The notes below the pieces were generated by a model, which was not told the origin of the DNA, made no database searches, and saw only the letters and a program-made list of their open reading frames with translations. DNA of 5,221 bases from Prasinococcaceae sp. CCMP 1430. Lineage: Eukaryota > Plantae > Prasinodermophyta. The stretch is taken from contig RQSC01001207.1 in NCBI GenBank assembly GCA_013416795.1, positions 156,802 through 162,022 on the forward strand. Direction: 5' to 3'. Below, piece by piece: positions 1-5,221 of the stretch. Both the position numbers and the translations under genes were made by a program. How positions within the stretch are numbered: position 1 is the first letter of the stretch; every line of letters begins with the position of its first letter.

Positions 1-32
1 GGGGGGGGGGGGGGGGGGGGGAGGGAAAGGGG
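1..32. repeat. Poly-G run (G21) with G-rich tail at the left edge; G-quadruplex-capable, likely assembly break point
   Basis: Positions 1-21 are all G, followed by agggaaagggg. Confidence 0.85.
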
Positions 33-120
33 CGCCGCCCCGCCCCGGCGCGGCGCTGTGGCACCGCTGCCGCGCCTCTGCGCTCTTTTCTGCCGCCTCC
101 GCGCCTTTTTGCACAGCGAA

Positions 121-300
121 ATACAAACCCTATTGTACACACCCAAACACCCAACATGTTGTAACCCTTACCCGCACGAGACGTCACATCGCCGTCGCGT
201 CCGGACACTAAAAAACGGATAAGCGGTACCAAATGCTGATATTTAGTGAATGTTGATGTGGAAGAGGTTTATCGTGTGTCAAAACGCGTGATTATTTGGG
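121..300. promoter_or_regulatory. AT-rich island upstream of the lipase gene; probable promoter or 5'UTR region
   Basis: Hand count gives 82 G+C in 180 nt (about 46% GC), against roughly 70% or more by eye in the coding regions. It lies directly upstream of the + strand gene. No specific promoter motif was identified. Confidence 0.4.
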
Positions 301-372
301 AGCGTCTGCGAACTGTCTCCCGTTCCCCCGGCGGCCACGCCAGGCCAGAGCGAGGGCCGAGGGGCGAGGCCG

Positions 373-1637
373 ATGGCACGGTGGGGGGTCTGCGCCTGCA
401 CCTGTGCGTGCGTGTGCGGCGCGCGCGTGTGTGTGGATGGGAGGATGGGCGGGCGGCTACGCGCCACAACGGGGCGCGGGCGCACGCGCCGCCCCGCGCG
501 CCGTGCGGCGCGGCATGGGCCAGCCGCAGCGGCGCTGCCGCGCGGGGCGCGCGCCGCGCGCGGCGACCTTGTGCGCATTGTGCCGCACGGCGACGACGGC
601 ACGCCGGGCGCCCACCACTCGGTGACTGAGGCGGACATCGCGCCGTTGCTGACGCTCGGTCGCGGGACCGCCTTTCCGAGCGACATCTTCCAGGGCGTCA
701 CCGCCGTAGGCGGCGCCAGCGTTTGGGACATCGTTGTGGAGAGCGCCGACTCGGCAGGCGATCCCATCTACGTGACGGGCGCGCTGGTCGTGCCTGACGT
801 CCCCGCGAGGCTGACGGTGACCTTCTTCCAGGGCACGTACTACGCTGACCGCAACGCGCCGTCCGCGCCCGGCACTGGCTTTTGCCGTGGGTTGGAGCTC
901 CTCGATTGCAGCAACGACGGCTTGATTTTCACCGCCGTTGCTTCGCTCGGCTACCTGGGCATTTTTCCCGATTATGCGGGCATCTCGGGCGCGCTCAGCG
1001 CTCCCGGCGCAAACGCGAGCGCGCTGCTCGGCGCGGCGGGGCCCGAGCCGCCGCGACCGAGCACGCACTCGTACATCCAGGCCGACAGCTACGAGCGCAC
1101 ATTCGAGGACATGCTCGCCGCCGTGAGCAGCATCGCGGGGACGACCGACTGCGTGCAGGCGCCCGACGGCGCGAACGTGACCGTGCACGCCTCTCATAAG
1201 GTGGCCGCGCTCGGATACTCACAGGGGGGCTTTGCCGCGATGGCTGTGGCGCGCGGCGTGGGGAGCGGGCGTGTCACGCTCCCAGATGGCTACGACTTTG
1301 TGGGCGCCGCGCCAGGTGCGGGGCCCTTCGATCCGGCGGCCACCTATGAGAGACCGAGCGGCGTGCAGAACTACAGCGTGCCGTCGTACATCCCCAACCT
1401 GTTAATAGGCGCGCTCAATGAGCGCCAGCGGCTCGACCTCATGTCCGACGTCTTCGCGGCGCCGTGGGACGTCGAAGTCCCACGCCTGTACTCCGGCGAT
1501 TTCACGAGCTCTCAGGTGGAGGAGGAGCTGCCCAAACCGGTCGACGCCGTGTTCGCTCCGGGCGTGTTTGAGGCCACGCAGGCGTGGCTGGCGGCATACG
1601 TCAACGGCAGCGATCCGGCGGCGCGCAGGGAACTCAG
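373..1637 (+). CDS. Secretory-lipase-like alpha/beta hydrolase, N-terminal coding part containing the nucleophile Ser (start codon and a possible first intron uncertain)
   Basis: Frame of ORF 373..1935. It shows an ordered lipase-like motif series: RGDLV, VTGALVVP, FFQGT (823-837), PDYAG (967-981), HSY, EDMLAA, nucleophile elbow GYSQGG (1213-1230; Ser at 1219-1221), AAPGAGPFD. Protein-like sequence ends at the CAG|GTGCGC donor at 1637/1638. There are four N-x-S/T sequons (1012, 1174, 1369, 1603). Confidence 0.85.
404..523 (+). other. Possible first intron of the lipase gene (in-frame, 120 nt; alternative acceptor at 529)
   Basis: Starts with GTGCGT, similar to the GTGCGC donor of the well-supported intron. 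It is low-complexity (GT/GC dinucleotide tracts) and ends at CAG 521-523 or CCGCAG 524-529; both keep the frame. No CTGAC branch site is visible and the frame is open through it, so splicing is not required. Confidence 0.4.
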
Positions 1638-1753
1638 GTGCGCGCGCTCGCGCGCGTGGGTCCCCGCGCGTGTGAGCGGGCCGGCGCGAGCCAGTGCTTC
1701 CGCCAGGCCGCCGCCCTCGCTTCCGACTGACCCCCGTCCACGCGCCTCCGCAG
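1638..1753 (+). other. Spliceosomal GT-AG intron (116 nt, phase 2) in the lipase gene
   Basis: Donor CAG|GTGCGC, branch-site-like CTGAC at 1727-1731, acceptor CCTCCGCAG| at 1753. Removal gives AG+C = Ser and a stop-free join (..ARRELS-ANPPPAAPGDGAEAIGTFLAWAAVYSN..) into the frame of ORF 1824..2267. Confidence 0.88.
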
Positions 1754-2267
1754 CGCCAACCCGCCGCCGGCGGCTCCGGGCGACGGCGCCGAGGCCATCG
1801 GCACTTTTCTGGCGTGGGCGGCCGTGTATTCCAACAGGCTCGCGGATCCTGAGAGCGTGGCGAGTATGCTGGACGTGCCCATCTTCCTGTGCCACGGGCC
1901 CGATGATGAGCAGGTCGACTACGCCAACTCGGTGACGGCTTTCGCATCGCTCGAGGCGGCTGGGGCTGAGGACGTTCACTTCTTTACGGTCGAGGCCGGA
2001 ACGCTGCACTCGCCGGCAGGGCAGGAGTGCATCGCACGAAGCCTCGATTTCCTCAACCAGGTTGGCGCTGACTCGTTTGCGAGCGTCGAGCCGCGCACCT
2101 GCGCGGAAACGCTCGTGCCATCTCCGCCGCCTGCGCCGTCGCCGTCGCCGCCGCCGCCTCCGGCCGGCGAGGGTGACGAGGAGGACTCTTCTTCCCCTCG
2201 CGTGCATGCAACCGGCGCGGCCATGCTCGCGCTCGCCGCTGGCGCGCTGGCGGTGCGACTCCAGTGA
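1754..2267 (+). CDS. Secretory-lipase-like hydrolase, last exon: catalytic Asp and His, Ser/Pro stalk and GPI-signal-like C-terminus
   Basis: PIFLCHGPDDEQVDYANS (HGxxD, Asp probably 1905-1907), GTLHS (His 2007-2009), PSPPPAPSPSPPPPP (2118-2162), acidic GEGDEED, SSS (2187-2195), hydrophobic tail AAMLALAAGALAV, stop TGA at 2265-2267. Confidence 0.85.
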
Positions 2268-2270
2268 CGG

Positions 2271-2301
2271 ACGCGCGCGCGCGCACGCGCGCGCACGCGC
2301 G
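2271..2301. repeat. 31-nt perfect alternating purine/pyrimidine tract, mostly (CG)n with CA interruptions; Z-DNA-prone
   Basis: acgcgcgcgcgcgcacgcgcgcgcacgcgcg, starting 4 nt after the lipase stop codon. Confidence 0.8.
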
Positions 2302-2417
2302 GCACGCTCGCGTGCGCTGCATGCTTTGCACGCTGGGTACTCGAACATGTGCTACTATACTATTGCATTGATACTGTATTCGTCGTGGCATCGCCACGCC
2401 GTGTCGAACGGCACTGC

Positions 2418-2422
2418 TGTAA
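2418..2422 (+). promoter_or_regulatory. TGTAA, possible poly(A) signal for the lipase transcript
   Basis: Lies about 150 nt after the lipase stop. UGUAA is the known chlorophyte poly(A) signal, but the host lineage is unknown and a 5-mer can occur by chance. Confidence 0.2.
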
Positions 2423-2550
2423 GAGACACGGGGCCGCACCGACGTGCGCCGCTCGCGATGCCCTCAACTGGCCACCGCTCCATCCCGCGCAGCGTGTCCG
2501 CGCGCGTGCTCGGTAGTAGAAGTCCTTCGAGTCTCCCTCTCCTCCGTCTC

Positions 2551-5142
2551 TCATCGCACACGCTTCCAGGCTGTGGCGGTGGGCGCGATGAGCTGGTACT
2601 TGCGCGATGTCTCGCGGATGATTAGCGGCAGCGCCTTTTCCTCGACCATCTCGAACCCAATTGCGCTCATCATGTCGCGCAGACCGTCAACTGACAGCTT
2701 GGGCTCGCCCGAGGACTCGTCGACGAATCCCCCCAACCAGCTCGTGAGCGGAGTGCACGCCTCCAGCCACGTGAAGGGCGTAGTGATGAAGAGGACGCCG
2801 CCCACCTTCACGAGCCCATTGTCGCCGCCCATGCGCCCGAGGCACGCCTTGGGCGAGGGCAGCCGGCACAGCAGGTTGCCAAGCAGCACGCAGTCGAAGG
2901 TACCCAGATCGGGCGACAGGCAGCACGCATCCATCACGCGGAAGGTGCAGCGCGCGCGCTGCTCCGCGCTGGCGGGAACGCGCGCGACCATGCGATCCGT
3001 GAGCTGCCCCTCCAGCGGCCGCTGGTACTCCGCCTCGCCGGTCTCCTTGAGCGTGTTGCACGCGCTGACGAACGCGCGCGAGAGGTCGACGCCCACTACC
3101 TCCTCGAAGCGCTCGGCGAAGGCGAACGACGCGCCGCCGGTCGCGCAGCCGACGTCGAGCGCGCGCTTGGCGCCGCCCGCGAGCGCGCCCACCGCCTCCG
3201 CCACGCGCATGGTCTCGGCGGCGCAGCGCCGCGGGAAGTCGGCGACCGAGCCCACGCCGGGCACCGCGCTGAGAAGGCCGGCGTCGCACACATCCGCGGC
3301 CGAGCCGTAGTGCAGACCGAGATACATGTTGACCAGCTCCTGGGTCTCGTAGCCCTTGCCGGTGGAGTCGGCCGAGCCGCTGCCTCCCGCCGACTCCACG
3401 CTCGGGCGCCAGCCCGCCGCGAACGGCCCGCGCGAGTGCACGTGGCTCACGGGCGGCACCGCGCCGCCCGCCCCGCCCGGGGCGCGGCACACGCGGAAGC
3501 CCGCGTGCTGGAAGAAGTGCGGCCGGAAGTGGAAGCGCGCGAAGTCAGAGCACAGGTCCCCCGTGGACACCCAGGAGCCGCCCATGATGACCGAGTGCTC
3601 GCCGTCGAAGCACGGCGAGCTGAAGTCGTCGTACAGCGGGTGCGGCGCGAAGCCCGGCATGCCGCTGAACCAGTCGGCGCACCACTGCCACACGTTGCCG
3701 CGGACGCCGCGCAGCCCGAGCGCGTTGGGCGTCTCGGCGTCGACGGGCGACTCCGAGCCGTGCGCCAGCTGCGCGTTGGGAGCGCCGGCGCACGCGCGCA
3801 GCGCCGCTCCGCCGAAGGCCACGGGGAAGTCGCTCGCGCCGGCGCCGGCGTCGTCGACGTACGGCTGGCGCATGAGCGCGTACTCCGCCTCGGCGGGCAG
3901 GCGGTACGCGCCGTCGGGCTTGCCCTCGCGCCGCGCCAGCCACGTGCAGTACGCGTGCGCCTCGTGGCGGTTGACCACCGCCGGCAGGTCCAGGCGCAGC
4001 GCGGTGCTCTCGTGCGTCGTGCGCAGCTCGTACTCGTGCAGGCCCTGGGGCCCCACGGGCGTCCAGAAGGTGGGCCACTTGGCGTTGCGGTAGGTGCGCC
4101 AGCCCCAGCCCTCCTCCGACCAGAGCGAGCGTTCGCTGTAGCCGCCCGCCTTGACGAACTCCAGGAACTCGCCGTTGCTCGTCAGGCGGTCGTGCACCTC
4201 AAAGGCTGGCACGTTGATGGTCGCCTGGCCGTACTCGTTGTCCCAGCCGAACGACGGGAAGTCCCTGGGCTTGCCCAGCGTGGCCGTGCCTCCCGGCACG
4301 GCCACGAACCTGGCGGCCGCCAGCGGCTCCTCGCGCGGCGGCGCGCCCGCCCTCGCGGCGGGGTGCACGGCGGGCCACTGCGACGGGCGCTCGAGGAGCC
4401 TCGCGGGCAGCTCGCGCATGAGCACGCTGGACGTCTCGATGTGGATGCGCTCGTGTTCGAAGCTCATCGCCAGCGCCCAGCCGGGGTGCCCGCCCATGCC
4501 GATGGGCGGCGCGGCGCTCGGGGCCGCGAGGATGAAGTCGCGCACGAGGCCGTACACCGTGCGCCGGTACGCGTGCACGCGCTCGAGCGTGGGCCACACG
4601 CTCTCGTTCTTGCTCATGTCGTCCCAGGACATCTCGTCGACGCCGGTCTCGAGCACGCACTCGAGGTCGGCGTCGACGCTCCGCTCGAGGGCGCCCGCGA
4701 CGCGGAGCTTGTTCACGTAGAGCGCCGCCACGTGGCCGTAGTAGAACACGAGCGGGTGCCGCAGGCGGTGCACGGGCGGTACGAAGAACGCCTCCTCGCC
4801 GACGAGCCCCGAGAAGAGCACCTCGGTGAGCGTCCACGTGTTGTCGAAGTAGTCGAGCAGCGCCTCGCGGCTGCTCGAGGCGGAGAGGTCGACCAGCGGC
4901 AGGCTGCGCAGCACGCCCTCCGAGGCGTCCCACCCGGCGCACTCCTCGGGCCGCTTGCCGGTCCACCAAGCGGCCGGGCGCGGCACGGCGGCGAGCGCGG
5001 CCGAGGCGCCGCCCACGGCCGACAGCCGCCAGCTCGCGGCGGCCGCCGCGGCCGTCGACGCCTTGTCTGTGAGGCGCCGGTCGGCGGGGCACGCCTCCAC
5101 GCCCGCGGAGGCGTTCATGGAGGTGGTCGCATTGGGAGGCAT
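2551..5142 (-). CDS. ovoA: OvoA: 5-histidylcysteine sulfoxide synthase fused to a putative 4-mercaptohistidine N1-methyltransferase (ovothiol biosynthesis), 863 aa
   Basis: OvoA-type motifs occur in the expected order: RHPLVFYYGH, ETGVDEMSWDD, iron-binding HERIHIE (HxxxHxE, 4455-4435), GWDNEYG, GNVWQW, HPLYDDFS (Tyr504), GGSWVSTG, HFFQHAGFR. The methyltransferase part has YETQELVNMYLGLHYG, LDVGCATGG, NLLCRLPSP, TPFTWLE and RETSRKYQ. The ORF is uninterrupted, with ATG at 5142 and TGA at 2553-2551. Confidence 0.95.
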   Translation of the reverse strand: MPPNATTSMNASAGVEACPADRRLTDKASTAAAAAASWRLSAVGGASAALAAVPRPAAWWTGKRPEECAGWDASEGVLRSLPLVDLSASSSREALLDYFDNTWTLTEVLFSGLVGEEAFFVPPVHRLRHPLVFYYGHVAALYVNKLRVAGALERSVDADLECVLETGVDEMSWDDMSKNESVWPTLERVHAYRRTVYGLVRDFILAAPSAAPPIGMGGHPGWALAMSFEHERIHIETSSVLMRELPARLLERPSQWPAVHPAARAGAPPREEPLAAARFVAVPGGTATLGKPRDFPSFGWDNEYGQATINVPAFEVHDRLTSNGEFLEFVKAGGYSERSLWSEEGWGWRTYRNAKWPTFWTPVGPQGLHEYELRTTHESTALRLDLPAVVNRHEAHAYCTWLARREGKPDGAYRLPAEAEYALMRQPYVDDAGAGASDFPVAFGGAALRACAGAPNAQLAHGSESPVDAETPNALGLRGVRGNVWQWCADWFSGMPGFAPHPLYDDFSSPCFDGEHSVIMGGSWVSTGDLCSDFARFHFRPHFFQHAGFRVCRAPGGAGGAVPPVSHVHSRGPFAAGWRPSVESAGGSGSADSTGKGYETQELVNMYLGLHYGSAADVCDAGLLSAVPGVGSVADFPRRCAAETMRVAEAVGALAGGAKRALDVGCATGGASFAFAERFEEVVGVDLSRAFVSACNTLKETGEAEYQRPLEGQLTDRMVARVPASAEQRARCTFRVMDACCLSPDLGTFDCVLLGNLLCRLPSPKACLGRMGGDNGLVKVGGVLFITTPFTWLEACTPLTSWLGGFVDESSGEPKLSVDGLRDMMSAIGFEMVEEKALPLIIRETSRKYQLIAPTATAWKRVR
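2554..3351 (-). other. OvoA C-terminal class I SAM-dependent methyltransferase domain
   Basis: SAM-binding motif I LDVGCATGG (3159-3133), acidic post-I motif VVGVDLS, then VMDAC and FDCVLLGNLLCRL. Boundaries are approximate. Confidence 0.85.
3487..4308 (-). other. OvoA FGE-sulfatase (formylglycine-generating-enzyme-like) domain
   Basis: FVAVPGG...GWDNEYG, LTSNGEFLEFV..GGY, RLPAEAEY, GNVWQWCAD, GGSW, AGFRVC. Boundaries are approximate. Confidence 0.85.
4410..4869 (-). other. OvoA DinB-like domain with the non-heme iron motif
   Basis: REALLDYFDNTW...RHPLVFYYGH...HERIHIE (H230, H234, E236). Boundaries are approximate. Confidence 0.8.
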
Positions 5143-5150
5143 GTCCGATC

Positions 5151-5176
5151 CGACCCCGTGGGGGGAAGCGGGGTCG
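5151..5176. other. Perfect 8-bp inverted repeat (CGACCCCG / CGGGGTCG, 10-nt loop) just upstream of the ovoA ATG
   Basis: 5151-5158 pairs with 5169-5176; TTTTT follows on the + strand at 5177-5181. Confidence 0.6.
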
Positions 5177-5190
5177 TTTTTGTTGCGTGT

Positions 5191-5221
5191 GGGTGGGCTG
5201 GGGGAGGGGGGGGGGGGGGGG
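5191..5221. repeat. G-rich and poly-G tract at the right edge (G3-t-G3-ct-G5-a-G16); G4-capable, likely assembly break point
   Basis: gggtgggctgggggagggggggggggggggg; the terminal G16 runs from 5206 to 5221. Confidence 0.8.

Noticed and set aside
81-116. Pyrimidine tract plus CACAG resembling a splice acceptor at 116
   Set aside because: All three frames downstream reach a stop before position 225 and no donor is visible in the window. It could at most be a UTR intron and cannot be supported.
125-175. Telomere-like fragments (aaaccct, taacccttaccc)
   Set aside because: Only one or two degenerate units and no tandem array.
1638-1935. C-terminal part of ORF 373..1935 (RCARSRAWVPARVSG...)
   Set aside because: This is intron read-through followed by the wrong frame of the last exon. 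It is Arg/Pro/Ala-rich with no hydrolase motifs, while the spliced frame supplies the Asp and His.
1824-2267. ORF 1824..2267 as an independent 147-aa gene
   Set aside because: It starts at GTG, its frame stays open upstream to the acceptor at 1753, and it contains only the C-terminal part of the hydrolase fold. It is the last exon of the lipase.
246-2625. Other short ORFs overlapping the lipase or the intergenic region (for example 246..629, 296..625, 279..767, 457..1197, 1512..2348, 2062..2625)
   Set aside because: Low-complexity, Arg-rich and motif-free; explained by base composition and overlap with the real gene.
2444-4720. Long + strand ORFs antisense to ovoA (2444..3310, 3356..4093, 4151..4720)
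   Set aside because: These are shadow ORFs expected from very high GC3 in ovoA. The translations are Ser/Pro/Arg-rich with no recognisable motifs.
2687-5092. Alternative-frame - strand ORFs overlapping ovoA (2687..3490, 3545..4078, 4199..5092)
   Set aside because: Arg/Gly/Ala-rich off-frame translations typical of GC-rich coding DNA.
2551-5142. EgtB (ergothioneine) or selenium-pathway (SenA/OvsA) assignment
   Set aside because: The fused C-terminal methyltransferase and the ETGVDEMSWDD, GWDNEYG and YDDFS motifs fit OvoA. No selenophosphate synthetase or selenosugar synthase genes are nearby.
5151-5184. Bacterial Rho-independent terminator
   Set aside because: The shape fits, but the context is eukaryotic (spliceosomal intron signals) and no + strand gene ends there. 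It is kept only as a hairpin.
1-5221. Terminal direct repeat suggesting a circular element, virus or transposon
   Set aside because: The shared ends are only G homopolymers. There is no replication, capsid, integrase or transposase gene and no terminal inverted repeat.

Overview
A very GC-rich window that looks eukaryotic (probably a microalga or protist; the lineage cannot be fixed from the sequence). It is bounded at both ends by poly-G runs and holds two convergent genes. On the - strand (5142..2551) is an apparently intronless 863-aa OvoA, the ovothiol biosynthesis enzyme, with a DinB-like iron-binding domain (HxxxHxE), an FGE-sulfatase domain and a C-terminal SAM-dependent methyltransferase. 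On the + strand (~373..2267) is a spliced alpha/beta-hydrolase resembling secretory lipases. The ORF track splits it in two, but a GT-AG intron at 1638..1753 joins the GYSQGG serine half to the exon carrying the Asp and His. The product ends in a Ser/Pro-rich stalk and a GPI-anchor-like tail. Non-coding parts include an AT-rich island upstream of the lipase, alternating purine/pyrimidine tracts, and a hairpin plus G4-capable tract upstream of ovoA. Ovothiol synthesis is a known pathway, and I found no clearly new system. The most interesting points are the surface-anchored lipase, the possibly incomplete 5' end of ovoA, and the absence of the pathway's C-S lyase from the window.
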